From the NCBI GenBank assembly GCA_964187785.1, contig OZ076409.1, positions 66,900,001 to 66,964,000 on the forward strand: a DNA stretch of 64,000 nucleotides, read 5' to 3'. The notes beneath the pieces were generated by a model. The model was not told where the DNA came from and made no database searches. It saw only the letters and a program-made list of their open reading frames with translations. The position numbers were made by a program, and so were the translations under genes. How positions within the stretch are numbered: position 1 is the stretch's first letter; each line of letters starts with the position of its first letter. Shown here piece by piece: positions 24,216 to 38,359 of this stretch. The DNA comes from Amphiscolops sp. MND2022 (Eukaryota).

Positions 24216-26959
24216 GCTTTGCTATAAAAATACAAATTGTTATAAAATATATATTAAAATCTAAAGTCGCTTTGAGAAAATGAAAGCGCTGAATGAATTA
24301 GTTTCAACCATTTCAAGAAATTTGGCATTTGAGCGCCAAAAACCATTTACAAGCAACCCTAAGTAGCAGCAATTTCGAAGGTTCATGTAAAAATCGTTAA
24401 CATTGTAAGAGCGCCTTTGAAGTGTACCTTTGATGTGCCGACCGGGTTTCATTCAGAAACCACTTTTGCGCAAACCTCTAGATGTGCCCGTGTAATATTC
24501 CTTTTTTTCGCTGTAAGATGTGGCGGCGGTCTTTTCATGCATTGATACATTCAAAACATTCAAGAACATTCATGCAGCAAACAACGTGATCTGTTTTGCT
24601 TTTTATTTTTCAAAGAGTGTATTATAAATTGTTTGTTTTATGCTAATGGAAAAATGATAACCGGGAATGAAAAAAAATCAGGGATATACAGCGCTTACAA
24701 AGGATTGTATAAAAATTAGTGTTTTATAGATCCATGAAATGTCTCTTGTAACATGAATGGGAGACCTTCCTTTTGTCATCCAATCGGTCATAGGCGGGGC
24801 TGGTTCGTTTATAAACAATTCCCAACTTATTGGCGTGGAACAAGGAATGAATATTTTATAACAACTGTTACTTGTTTATTTTAGCTTTTTCAAACTTGTT
24901 TTCATATTTATCCCTCACAGAAAAAGTTTCATTGGCTTTCCGCTGTCATTTCCTGAAATAACAAAGTGACATATTTACTGCTACATGTTCAGCAGTCGAT
25001 TTTTCTCCAGGCACGGGGCCCAAGTTGCTACTGACCTTATATGGGCATTGGATTTAGCATTTCTCTGTTGTATGCAAAGTAAACTAGCTCGAAGGGGTAC
25101 CGAATTTGGACACGAATTTGAGTCTTCTCATTCAAGTTTAGAAAGGGTTATTGCCATCAAAATTGCGATGGAATAAAAAATGGTCTAGAAACAGAAACAA
25201 GTTTAGAAATTTTCCTTCAGAACAAAAATTGTTAGTTTTTTTTAATTTGAAGCGGTAACTTACACAAACTTTCAAAAAGCTGTATGACAAATTTGATTTT
25301 CAAGACATAATATACAGTGCAATCAGAAACGTTGATTTCAACATACTAGTCATAGGGCTCAAATATGCTGAGACTTGATTCAATCAAACACTTAACTTGA
25401 AATGTTTATATGGCATAAATTAAGATGATTTCAAGATTTATATGTATTTGAAAACATCGTTGGTGGTTTAATTTCAAAGCACTGAACAGCGTATCTTGAA
25501 ATTGATTTGCCATGTCAAGTTCAGACAACAAACCACTTCAAAAACATGAAACAAAACTTGATTTTAAATCCACCGCGACAGTCAAAATAATTTCGGTCTC
25601 ACGGAACGCCTTTTATATGTTCATTCTTAGGTTTCTCAAGAAAAAAAACAATCGTTGTTTATGGAATCCACGTTTTTTTCTTTTTTTTTCAAGGTAATAA
25701 AACATCCAGATATATTGTCTTCTGTACAGTATTTTGCAATTAATTATTAATTGTGTAGTTCAGCTCCAGCAGAAATATCCAATATGTTGCAAATTGCACT
25801 TTTTTGTGTCATGTTTTATGAGATTTATCAGACGAGATGGATAAAAAATGAGTTTTGGGGAAACAAGTGAACGAAATGATTGGAAGTTTGGTCGAAAAAA
25901 AATGGAACATTTCACAAATTCATTCTGTGAAGTCCCTGTCTGAAATAACGAGTAAAAAAGATCGCAGATGGTATCAACTTCAGAAACCTTAAACCATTAG
26001 GAGCCTTTTTTCAACTCGTAACAATTCGAATAGTATAAATATAGCGAAAAATTCAAAATGGGAAAAAATCACTTACTTTTTGCGAGTGAAAAAGGTATGA
26101 AAATTTGAATAATAATGAGAGGTTAGTAGACTGAACGTCTTAAAAGAGTCGTTTTCAACTGAAGTTTACAAACAAAGTTATAAACAAGCATATCGATCTG
26201 TTTATGATACCTTGCTTGCATATACTCTCATTCGTTATCCATGGCGGCCTAGTGCTATAAAAATCTTTGATATGATGCTAGTTATAATTAGCGATATACT
26301 AAAAAGTTACACAATTAATTACAAGCCAATTATACTAACTTTGTAGCACAGGTGTGCACTTTGCAAGTAATGTTTGATGCTGTCATTGACGGTTTGGTCA
26401 AAAGAGTAGCAACTCAAGAAACACGGGTCCATATTTGGTAAGTTTGGCAGTCAATTACGTCAAATTTTTTATGTGTAATATTCCACGTAAAAACTAAGTC
26501 GTATAGAATATTTGTGAAAAAGGTGCAAGAAACATACAAAATTTGCAAAAACCCATGCAAATGTCAAGTAATGCTTTTAAGGCTGGGCGAGTTATCAAAA
26601 GTTGTGTTGCGAAAGGCAACATTTAAAAATCTTGCAATTTGATAAAAGATTCTTTGATTTTGTGGCACAATATTTTGTATCTCTGCCTGTTGAGTGAAGA
26701 TTTTAATGGGCAAATGCAGAAAAGTGTTTTGTGTGGTAACAGGAGGTACTTAAGAGCGGGAAAAGTACGTGTTGATTCAGAATGGCTGTTGTGGCGTTGA
26801 ATGGGGGAGGAAATAGGAAAAGAAATAAAAAGTAGCGTGAAAGAAATTGAATCGAACAACAAGACGAGGCAGGAACGAAATTGACTAAACTGACAAGGGG
26901 CTCTGAAATCACTTTAGGGATTAGCGATAATTATGGATCGATTAGTGACGCTGCTCTTG

Positions 26960-27005
26960 TTTGAAGTCTCCGCCCGGCCAATCAGATTGCTGGATTTGGC
27001 GTCAA
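26960..27005. promoter_or_regulatory. Possible promoter element (GC box plus CCAAT box) upstream of KIF26
   Basis: CCGCCC at 26970 next to CCAATCAG at 26978; a strong GTAAGT donor on the minus strand at 26076. Motif-only evidence. Confidence 0.25.
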
Positions 27006-29482
27006 TCATACTTGTCGGTCTTAATTGCCTTGTTCGTGTCAAGGGGTTGTCTTGCTGGGCTCAATGTACTGACTTTTATGAAATCAAATTTAAACTACAA
27101 ATTCTGCTTTTATCAACAAAACATCAAAGTTTACCACAAACAGTTCCGCGTTACCATCCAATGTTTAATATATACCGACCGACCCCGCGGCAGGTTGGTA
27201 ACCGGAGAACCCAACTTGTAACCAACAACGGAGGTAAATGCCTCGTGAGTTAGTTGCCTGGAAAATTGCTGCCAAACGGGGAACCAACTGGAAAACAACA
27301 ACGGTAGGAGTTTGTTTCCAAAATGCTCAGCTGGAAAAGATTGCAAAGCCGGATACGCCGGTAAATTTGCCAAAAGCCTAACATTCGGCAATGGTGGTAG
27401 TAATAGACTTTAGACTTGGTAACAATTTTGTGGTTAGTGTTATTCCGGAGTAATTAATACCAACGGAAGTTTTACAAGATTTCAACTCCACATAAACTCA
27501 ATTTTGGACCCGGATTCGCAAAGTTCTGGTCTAAGCATACATTCCAAGCTTAAATTGGAACCCTTTACGTCAAAATATTTACCAAACTTTGACATACAAT
27601 AAACGACCCGGGCTTTTATTATTGCTATCAATTTCAGAAAGTTTGCCATGCGAACAGAGAACGTGGAAACAACTTACTGAACATTTGGGAAACATAAATT
27701 CCCACTGCAAACTTCAAAGAATCTGCTAAAATATTGATAAATTTCAAGAGTGCGCTGCGGGTAATTTTTAGCGCAGCAGAATTGTATTGGAAGTAATTTG
27801 AGTAGATTCGAGAAGCATGATCAAAGTTTAACACGGTTTCACATAAAAATTCTAAATCAATACTAAACGATACCAATCTAACTTCAACAGTTTGAAATAG
27901 GTTTAAGATTCAATCAAAGTATGTCGATGGCTACTTAAACTGAAGAGGAGCTATAAAAGTGTTTGTTTAAAGTATGAAAGCAGCTGCGATTGAAATGGAA
28001 GACCCATTTGGCAATGTGTTCAGACCGGCAATAAAAGATCTTTTATTCGAATCAAGTGAACAATCGGTGATAATTTTGAGCTCTTCCAACAATCTGGTAT
28101 CGTTTTGAGCTGGGCGCCTATTAAATGATTTCACAATGGCAACAGAATTTCTGGCTGCGCCGCAAATTAGCATTTACATGGGCAGGGCGTTATGGGTGTG
28201 CCAGTGATAAATTGCAAAATTTCAACAATTTCCAAAAATTCCAGACCTCCAGAGAGGACGGTCTTATGCACTGGTTAAAGCAGTTGCGACATTATTTGCA
28301 AGTCATTGTCCTGCTAATAATCTGCATGGCGACATACCGATTGGATGATTTTGAAATATTCAAACAGATTTTGGGGACGGCTTCTTGTCTTACTAGTTTC
28401 GTCCCACGGGAAGGTGTATGATGTATATGAATGCTTATCTCTTATGCGTTTCCAATTATTGCAGATGAAAAATGAGTATTTTAATTGATACTTCGAGGCA
28501 AAATACAAGTCAAAATAATGAATTATTGTATAGTTTATTACAATTTGTCACAGAAAGGCGTTCATTACGCAAAATTTAATGTCTATAATCCAAAATGTCG
28601 AAGCGAAATTTATGGTTTTTCAAGGGAAAATGCTCATTTGATTAATCATGTTTTCAATTATTTTAGGTCTATGCAAACTTGAGGGAAAACCGCATTTTGG
28701 ACGGCTGAAATTTTTTCTGAACTTACTTTTATCTTCCACTTTTTGTCAATTTCGGGACTACTTTAATTTTCGCAGTTAATGATTTGATGTCAATGTCAAC
28801 GCAGTTAGTCAATTTGTTGACAGTTTGTTAGAACTTTGAATTATCACATCTCAAAAAATTGCCTTGACAAGATAATTTGCATTTTCAACATTTGAAAAAT
28901 TACCTGAAAATAATCCGCTGAGTTTTTATTATCAAATGTTTTGAGTTTTTGCAAAACCCAAAATAATGATAGCTGTTTATCTTATAAACACTTTTAGTAA
29001 CCGTAAATTGAGTTGAACAAAATGGTTATTTGAATTTAAGGTCAATATTCAAATAGAGGTCATCTCGGCAGTCATATGCTTGTGACATTTCATGCTTGTA
29101 AATATCGCTGACACAAGACAACGCCGCCCATGTAAGCACTTGAAATTTTTATTTCAATAGCAAAGTTGTTATGAAGATTCCCAAGAAAAGGAGTTGATAA
29201 GGTAAAGTTTTTAAATATCAAAAGGCCTCCATTATACAAGATTTACTTAACTGCTTCTATACATACACCGCTACTACCGTATAAAGATCAGTATTTATTG
29301 CAATGACACGTTTTCAAGCAAAACTCAACTGTTAAATGATTCCAAAAAAGTTGAGTTTTAAAAATTTATTATGGACGTCAGGACTGTTTCACTGAAAATT
29401 CATTTTGTTGATTGTGTGATTATTGTATCATCATCAGCCTTTCTGGAACTCTTGAAAAAGTTGCGAGGAACAAAGTCTCATG

Positions 29483-31009
29483 CAGGGATGGTAAAATATC
29501 CGATATTTTTTCAAAAATCAATAATATCCGATATTACTAATTTTGAGCCCGATCTTTTTGATATTTAAAAAAACAGTTTGTTTCAAAAAAATGAAATATA
29601 TTCATTTCTTACAAATGAATCAATCAACATTTTTATTTTATATCATGAAACAAAGCAAAAGTTTTGCAGCCTTTTCGTTGCCCAGACGGTTCCGTTGTTC
29701 ATCGTGAATCCATCCGAAAGTCGAGAAAAGTCTTTCAGGAGGGGCAGTACTTGGTGAGCAGGATAGCAGACCCTGGAGCTTCAGTTTCATATCACTGTCA
29801 ATATCAATAATTTGCCGCCAATCTTTAGGAGGCAATGTTTTTGCAGCTTCGTACAGCGGCTTCAGGAAAGGCCCTGATTGCTCCCGAAATTGAGCAGCTA
29901 TAATAAGCAATCGAGAATCAATTTCTGATGCAAATTCCAAAGCAGCATTTTGTTCAGTTAGATCGAGGATTTGCTTGTCAAAGTATCTTGGGTCCAGATA
30001 ATAACTCAACTAGTGAGCGGGTGTGAGGTTCATTTTTCTGCGACATGCAAGCATCTTTTGTTGCTCACTTGACAGTTGTCCTTCTAGAGCTTCACATAGT
30101 TCATTCCAAATCGCAACAGAGTCCGAAAGATTGGTATTGCTTGCTTGCATTTTGTCGAGAGCAACACAGACGGGGTTAAGAATTTTGCAGTAGTCCTCAG
30201 CTGATCGCTTCAACGCAACATTGGTTATCAAATTATATATATCATTCGGAATATTCGGACGCTGAGTCTCAAAAATTTACTGGCCATAATTCAAGATAAG
30301 TAGACAAACAATCGTACATGCTATTCCAACGAACTTCGAAAGGAAGAACTAAAACTTTAGAAGACTTTTCTTTCAACCATGCAGCGGGTTCATGATGGTT
30401 CGTGAAAACTTACAAACTTGTACAATTGTGTTGGAAATATCTTTTGATTTGAAGTCCGTAGCCATCCAAACTCAAGGTAACTTGCTCATTCTTAAGTAAT
30501 GTTTTGGCTCTATTTTGGTATTTTTTTGTAAACTCCATTCAACAATTCGTCACCTAATTTTCTTCTGTCAGGGGAAACATTACTTGGCCTAAGAATATGC
30601 AAAAGCTTTTTAAAACTTGGGTGTTCCACTAGTTAAATTGGTGTATTCGTAGCGTTAAAAAACTCTGTTAGAGCTTCATCTATCTTCTCTTTTTCAGTCA
30701 TCGTTGTTGAGGATACAAAGCTGGTTATTGTAACAGCTGGTTTGAGATTTTTTCGGAATGTCGCTTTCACAAATTTCAACATGCTTTTTCAATCGTTCCG
30801 GAATACCCTGCATTGCACTTCTTGCACACTGCCCACCATTCAGAAGTTGCGTCTTTTCGTGACTATGCAAACATCGGCCGATTTACGACCAGGTGCCATG
30901 TCTATATTTAAAAAAATATCAAAATCGGATATTAATTGAAATAATATCATGATATAAATCATGATATAAATCAATGATGTAAATCAATGATAAATATGTG
31001 CCATCCCTG
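29483..31009 (-). mobile_element. hAT DNA transposon, internally deleted and non-autonomous (1527 bp)
   Basis: TIRs CAGGGATGG/CCATCCCTG; perfect 8-bp TSD GTCTCATG (29475-29482, 31010-31017); subterminal ATGATATAAATC repeats; transposase relic inside. Confidence 0.95.
29638..30899 (-). pseudogene. hAT transposase pseudogene
   Basis: BED-like WAVCKKC near the start, VTLSLDG, VRWNS, and C-terminal dimerisation motif STAPPERLFSTFGWIHDEQRNRL; broken by stops and frameshifts. Confidence 0.9.
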
Positions 31010-31206
31010 GTCTCATGGAACCGAAAAATTTTACAACTTTCGAGTTAGTTTTAAAGTGTGCTTCTATTTTCTCATGAATTTATTTGGAAGACCCAAAAAA
31101 GTTGTCTGATTCCCTAAACCAAAATTCGCTTAGGAATAGGCATCAAAATCTGAATAACTTTTCCAGAGATAGACATTTTCGGCGCTGTGCAAGAAGCTAT
31201 CACGAC

Positions 31207-31501
31207 TCATTTCTTTGTTTTTTTTGCATCGATGAATTTGCGAGAGAACGCCATTAACTGGTTAAATGGGCACTTCCGGTTTTGGTATGGGATGAACTTT
31301 GCTTCGTATAGATTACTGTATATGATTCTGCCTAATGATATTACATCATCATGATCCACAAATTTTCCGCATTTTGGCATAATCAAGAATTGACTTTCAT
31401 GGAAAGTAGCCAAGATTAGCAAAGCATCGGCCAATTCGAAGACGTGATTTCTAGTCTCCCAGTCGACATGAGCCCAAAATCCTTCCCGCCAATTTACTTT
31501 C
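31207..31501 (-). other. Candidate orphan coding exon (97 codons, unknown product)
   Basis: ttcag acceptor at 31504-31502, then the only open frame KVNWREGFWAHVDWETRNHVFELADALL...KKTKK*; no partner exons or homology identified. Confidence 0.25.
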
Positions 31502-34500
31502 CTGAACTATAATCATTTTATTCTATAAGCACAGCGGATAATCATTAATTAGGGGGCTTTCATTATGGGCTTTTGAATAATAAAAACTCAGTTTTCGATC
31601 CGAAAACCAGAATTCTTCCATAATCACATTACTAAAAAACTACACTGGCAACAGTAAGATAAATATCGAGAAATTAAATCGAAAAATTGTACATCTTTAT
31701 TATTTTGATTGAAACTGAATAAAAATTTCAATGAAAGTAATTGGAAAATCTTGGAATTTTACCCGCGTCATGATTTAATGAACTTCGTGCTAAGATCCTT
31801 GCATTTTCTATAGAAAAATTCCATGTTTTCCCTCTAATTAGATGCAAAAATTTTCCCCGAAAATGAAAAAGTGAATGCATGAAACCTATTTATTTCCAAG
31901 TATATAAATTTCACACTTTTAATGAAACAAACACAGTACTATAATATTACCGACGATAACATCATAATCGTGTGTGTAACAAAATCATGCGAGGAGTGAA
32001 ATCATTGACAGGAAATCAAATTATGAACAGAATTCAATCCGTTGAAAATTTCCAAAACATTCAAGTGAAATCCGTGCATCTGATTTTTTGTGTAGTTTGC
32101 TTCGTTTTTGAAAATTCAATACAGTCTGCATTTGAAAAAGGCAAAAAGTAATAACCATTCCGACACTTTAACTTGAACGCGCATAGAAAGAATATCTTAA
32201 ATACAAGTCTTTTCAAATATTCATGAGTATTTACTTTTGGAATCCGCCGCAATTCACAGGAAAAACCGTTCTGTAAACATCAAAGCCAAAGGTGTTTATC
32301 TTATGGTAATTCAATTATCTGGTAGTGGGAAAATTTCAACACATCAACGACGCAACTATTGTATATTAAGCTAAAAACCGGAAAATAATCAATAAGGCGC
32401 GAACATCGTCAAATGAAAAAAAAATGCAAAAAGCTTTCAGACGCTGCCGAGTTTAATTATGAGTCAGAGATTTACAAATAAGGAAATTTCAGGTTTCAGT
32501 GAAAATACATGACGATAGATTGTATGAAAACAACAGCGATCAAAATCCTACGATACATCAATTGTACATGGTCAGTTCAAAGTTCCAACAACAGACGTGC
32601 TTGGAATTCATTCGATAAAACTCAAATTCAATCATCAAAGAAAAAGTAAAGGAGAACAAATCTCCGATTTTGTTAAATCAGGTATCAAATTCCAATTTTG
32701 TCTGCAATTATCTCTCACCTTTTGCTTACAAGTTTCTGGCCCAATTGAGAAAAAAAATTACTTTATTAACCTAGCATGCTTTAAATATATTGTTTTCACA
32801 ATACAAAAGTCTTATTATACACTTTTTCAGAACAACCTTATGGCCCATTTTTCAAGAGCTGCAAAATTTATTCTCCCAAATATCTGTTAATTTTTCCAGG
32901 CCATATTTTTCCGGAAAAAACGAGCACGATTCACTTCAACTTCCAGCAATCAAGTCGAATTTTTTCCAAGCTCTGGAACTGTCATGCAGCGCAGTTCCAG
33001 GCCAAGTCCTAACCGGGCCATGAGAATTGTAAAAGTATATTAAAGACATGTATTCATAGCCAAAGGGTTGACTGCATCGCGTAACTGTAATTGAATGGGG
33101 TGTTTATTTCACTGCTGGACCAACTGGGGTCCGCAAAAAAGCGAAAAGTGGAAAAATGTGAAAAAATGACTATAGAGGTCGGTCTCAGTGGGGATACACT
33201 AGTACGTTAGCACGTATCCCACTGTCTTGAGGGACTTGAGACGTGCTATGAATTGATACTTTTAAAGCACAGTTACAAATCAATGCTGTTACATTCAACG
33301 TTGCTCACGGGAAAAAATCCAGGGAAATGTGATACGCAATTGATTATAAGGAGAAAAGAGAGGAAAAAGTGAAAGGAAAATTGCTCGCATTTATACATTT
33401 TTCACCTTAATGTCATTATCCATATACCGCCACCGCCCGAAACAAAAAATATGACATCATTCACGAAGGCGTGAAATCATTCAAATCGAACATTGAACAT
33501 CATTTAAATCAGCAATGAACGTGAACGAAATGAAACAAACGTGATTTTAATTTTAACGAATTTTTTTCTTTTCAACATATTTCCACAAGATACATCAAAT
33601 GATTTCAAGTTCACTTATAAAGGCAGATATAAAGGTACTTGTATTCATGGCCATCGTCCTATGACCATTCAGATCAACCCCCCCCCCGCCTCACCTCAAA
33701 AAAGGATGAAATAAGAAAAGAGGGAACTCAAATCGCAGAAGTTTTCCCTTTTAACCCGCAGAATGAATCGTTCGAAATATTAAATAACACACGGGGTACA
33801 AAATAGAAAAATAACTTATCGGAAGAATTTGCAAAAAAAACCTTGATCAGTTTTCATTTTATGAAACAATGAAATCATTGTTAACAAAAATAATGTAAGA
33901 TTTGGTTACTTTTTATGACATCAAAAAATTCTACGAGTGGTGCGTGGTGGGGGGTAAGAAAAGAGCCAAGAGAGAAGCAGAATCAGAGTTGGGGGATTTG
34001 CAGGAGTGGCAAAAGAGGGAGACAGATCAAAGAGGCTAGTATCTCCCTTCGGAGGATCCACATGTTTTGATGTTGAATAGCGTGATAAACTCAAAGGCCG
34101 GGTCTACCTGTTTAGCCAACAGAACCACTTACACTAAAATTTGCTCAATCGATACAATCGCAACGGTAACGTATGCATGCCACCGTTAGTTAGCAAGCGC
34201 TGACACCCAGATTTGGAACCCAAATTTGGCGGTTGAAAAGTGATGCTTTATTGCCTTATTTTTACTGAACACTTCTTTGTTCTGTGAGCGGATGAATGAT
34301 ATGAAGATAAATTATAAAATACCACCATATATATATTTTCTTGTATTTTTCAAGACTTCAAGCAACCAGTTTCTTTGGGCTATAAAAAACTATGAAGGCT
34401 AGGTGGCACCATAGTTAAACAGGGAGGGTTTCTGCGGGCAAAAGAAGCATAAAAATTACTAAAAATCAGCTCCTTTTTTGTTTACAACTTGAGTTCCTGA

Positions 34501-36587
34501 AGTCTTCAAAGGACGATATTTGGACCGACACGAAGATGTTGCAAAAACCAGTTTTTTAATTTGAACACAGGAGGTCAAAGCCTGTCGCAATCATCTCTGG
34601 ACCGTCCCTTGGCTTCTGAAAAATGATTAATATTTCGAAGGGAGTTACCTCACAGCGCACCCGATGCCAAGATTACGCCCCCTAGCAGAAAAAACACATT
34701 CAGGAAAACAGCTATGTTGCACAATATAGCACGCTATAACTAATTCCCCAACAGTCCCTGTGTGCAATTTTAGTTGACCTTTAAGGCCCGTCATAGATCA
34801 CAAGAGCCAGCTAGCTGGTTTAAAAGACTGGGCGCTAACTTTGAGCATGAGAAATTGAAAGAAACACAAAAATTTGCAAAATAAGGGAATAAACAATCGA
34901 TCAGAAAAATTCGGTTCTTTTTCCTCAGCTCCAGACACTTTCACAATAGTCCAACACTTTTAATTAAAACCGACATCAAAAATGGGAATTCGGGGAATGA
35001 AACAGAAAGCAGAATTTCAAAAAATCTTGAAAGCCAAAAAAGACTGGAAACTACTTTTTTGAAGTAAGGTTTCAATTGAAAGATTTAAAATCTAGGGATT
35101 TGAAGTACATTGAATCATGATCATTAGGAAGCAAAATATCCACTACGAGTAGACTTTTTATTTTGTTTATTTTCTTTTCTGTTTCTTCCTATACTTCTCA
35201 ATGTATAGGAGATTTCTTTGTTGTTTTTTTTTAAAGTGGAAAAAAGTCCCTAGTAAACAAACGGGAAGCGGGCGATAAATGTGCGGAAACGTAGGAAACA
35301 GGGAAGCGTTTTGATGTCATTATACTTTATTGAGCGACTTAGTTAGGCGAAAACAAAGCTAATTGATGCAGCACTTATAATCCTGGGAGAAGTGTAACTA
35401 GCTTAACTAATCAGCTCAAAGCGCTGCTTCACTGATCGCACAAGACGCTCATTAAAGGCGCTTCCCTCATTGTCTTTGCGTTATCCATGATTGAAAGGTG
35501 TCCCCCCCCCCACTACACTCAAGGAAAACCATCGCCACTGAACAGGTATGATTCTATCACATTGCGCGATGGAATTCAGAATAGAGCCGTTCACAGCATG
35601 TTTTTCAACATTTTTGCATGCTTTTTTCAATTTCATGTTTTGCGCAAAATGTTCCAGGAAAGCATTATGAAATTAATTAATCAATTAGGTATAGCTCATG
35701 AATGGTTCAACTCACGTCGCATAAAATTTTCGTCGCGGAAAAAATCGAAATATGAAAAATTTGCCCACTAAAGTCAAAACCGCGGGACCAAGAAGACACT
35801 CAGCCTGAAACTCGAGTATTGAACAAAAACTTCGAATAACAGGCCTACGCCAAGTTGACTTTCTCAAAGAGCTGCTTCTTTTGACCCTGGGGTGTTTTAT
35901 CAACATACTTTTCATTGTATTCAGTCTAATTAGGAAGTACTTACTAAAAGGGCATTTTTCATTGGAGTGAAGCTTGTATAATTCGGATACAAACAAAAAA
36001 AAATCAGGACTAAAACAAGAATGGAACCCCCGAACTGTTCACCTACTCGCCTTTGCCCACTTTTGAAGATTCTTATCCTTATTCCAGGGTCGGCCTCAGC
36101 ACAGACACCGCATCTCTCCACAATTTCCCATCATGCGCTATGCTAATTAATTGAATCCCCGAACTACGGTCTCAAAAATAGGTACACGCTAAAAATCCAA
36201 CAAAGACACTTTGCCTCGTAATGTGTAGGAAAGGACCCTACTTGCTCTGAGACTACAAATCTCTGAGACTACGGCAAGGTTGGTTTCAAAAAAGCAGGGA
36301 GACCATGTTCAATCTTCCCCTATGAACCATGGACCGAAATAATGAAATTGCACATCATTGACAAGAGTCAGATCCACTTAAACCAATCTTGGTTATGTGG
36401 AGTCTACTTGTCTACTTACGCCTAATAAGTGGAGCGGTACAAGCGAAGTATTTTTAGTGATAACGAATACCATAAACGAATCCTGCTAATTTACAGGGAA
36501 ACATGTATGGGGAAACAACTACTCCATTACAACACCACAATAGTTTCTTTTACCCTCTTTGTTTTTCAAGTGCAATAGGTGAGAATA

Positions 36588-36800
36588 AACAAGACGGGAA
36601 CGTCTCAAGTCGGCGCCCCGCTGACGGCTCAAAAAACGAGGAAAATTCTAGAAGGTTGCTTTACCGAGAAAAATCTCAGTATCGAAATAAAACTCTGGGC
36701 TCACAAGTGCCTTTTTTCTAACTGAAGTTTTTGAAAAAGCAAAAATAATGGTCCCCATCTGGCATCGATCTCAGAACCTTAGGTCCCCCAAGCGTACGTT
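36588..36800 (-). mobile_element. Helentron/HINE-like element, copy D (3' end present; inner boundary approximate)
   Basis: AACAAGACGGGAACGTCTCAAGTCGGCGCC is the reverse complement of the family's 3' end. Confidence 0.65.
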
Positions 36801-37025
36801 TAAACATTTTGATTTAAAAATCGGCCGTTCCGGGTTCTAAACCAAAATTTTATGCCTTTAGGAGTAATTCATTTGTAGATCGTTTGGTAGGACAACTTGG
36901 TTGCTAAGAGGGAACTGAGAAAAAACGGAAAGCAACTAAATTAAGTGGCTCTTTAATTCTTCGCAACTAGAAAACAGGCGACGGTCATAAATCTTTAATC
37001 ACCGCTGTGACAGGTCATTGCTGTT

Positions 37026-37458
37026 CAGGGTTGGTCAAAATGTTTTTTTTTTAGAAAAAAAAACGTTTAAAACGTTTTAAACGTTTAAAACATTTTTGAA
37101 ACATCATTTTTTCGTGTTAGGATTATAGTCCCAAAAACTCTGATTTTATTCCTACAATTTACCATTTTGAGCAGTTTTTAGACAGTTTTTGGATGTTTTT
37201 GTTGTTGAAATTCAACAAATTTTAGCATCGAAAGAGTTCAGCATCTTTCAACAGTTGAAAACAAAAAAAGACGCCCGCTGATAAGCGAGGTATTTTCCAC
37301 CCCAACTGCTCTACTACGACATAATTTTGAGGCGCAAAAATATTCCAAACATTGAGCAAACCAAGAAAAAAAGCATACAAAAAACATGCAAAAAAATGTT
37401 TAAAACAGTGTTTAAAACGGTGTTTTAAGCACCCCCTGTTTAAAACATGCCAACTCTG
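37026..37458. mobile_element. hAT-type MITE (433 bp)
   Basis: TIRs CAGGGTTGG/CCAACTCTG; perfect 8-bp TSD TTGCTGTT; subterminal GTTTTAAAAC motifs. Confidence 0.88.
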
Positions 37459-37594
37459 TTGCTGTTAATGATTATATGCAAGCGAAATCACAGATAAATG
37501 GTTTATTAGTTACAAAATATCCTAATGTATTGCGATGTACTTTGTTTTTCACCACAGTGGAACATAAAAATACGTGTAAAAAGACACTAACCAC

Positions 37595-38018
37595 CAGTGA
37601 ATTAGGTTTTCCCAAAAAACGCGCTTATCGCTTATTGCGCTTATGACTGGCACGCTTACGCTTAAACGGCGCTTTTTGATAGAAAACGCTGGCTCAGCGA
37701 ATTTTGGTTCTCAAAAGCTGCAATTTTTTGAAAAACATTACGAACTTTTGAAAATTTCGATCGGTTACTTCCTTATCTCAACAAACTACCACCGCCAGAG
37801 ACAAATTTTTCTATGTGGTACTAGTGTGGGGTGAAATTCTCAGTACAAAAAAACTTGCCACTGTTAGAGTTGGGCACTTTTTGTAACCAAAATAGCTATA
37901 ATTTCTGACCAATTAGATAAGCGCAAATTTCAGTCGTCGCTTTCGCTGTCGGCGCTTATCCGGATATTACGTCGCTTTCGCTTTTTAGCGCTTTCGCTAC
38001 AAGCGACCTAATTCACTG
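37595..38018. mobile_element. hAT-type MITE (424 bp)
   Basis: 13-bp perfect TIRs CAGTGAATTAGGT/ACCTAATTCACTG; 8-bp TSD CTAACCAC/GTAACCAC (7 of 8 match); subterminal CGCTT repeats. Confidence 0.85.
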
Positions 38019-38094
38019 GTAACCACCCAAATCAACGCTCCACTTAAAACCCCAAAAAAGCAACATCTAATCTTTATATTCAAAGTGTTTTACA

Positions 38095-38359
38095 AGAAAT
38101 TGAAAAGTCTCACTGTGCCAAAAAATTCAAAAGAGGGATCCTTCATGCTAAAAAATGTTGTTCAACTAAAAACTGCATATAATTAGAAAGAGGAACACAT
38201 TGTTGGTAAAAAAAACCTGTTGGAAAAACCACACAATGTCGAAATTTCAACGCGGAGAACCTTTGATCTAGTCTTGTTTCGTAAAATTTGTCAATTTGAG
38301 TGATCTCAAAAAACGTTACTACTATAGTCTTTTCTTTCTACGAAAGGTGGACTAAAATA
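38095..38359 (-). mobile_element. Helentron/HINE-like element, diverged copy E (5' part)
   Basis: AAGTCTCACTGTGCCAAAAAATT internal unit and ACTATAGTC...GACTAAAA end, as in copies C and H. Confidence 0.5.

Noticed and set aside
24919..24952. 34-nt micro-exon candidate upstream of KIF26 exon 1
   Set aside because: Splice sites are plausible, but its only open frame ends in phase 2 while the 24221 acceptor needs phase 0. At most a UTR exon.
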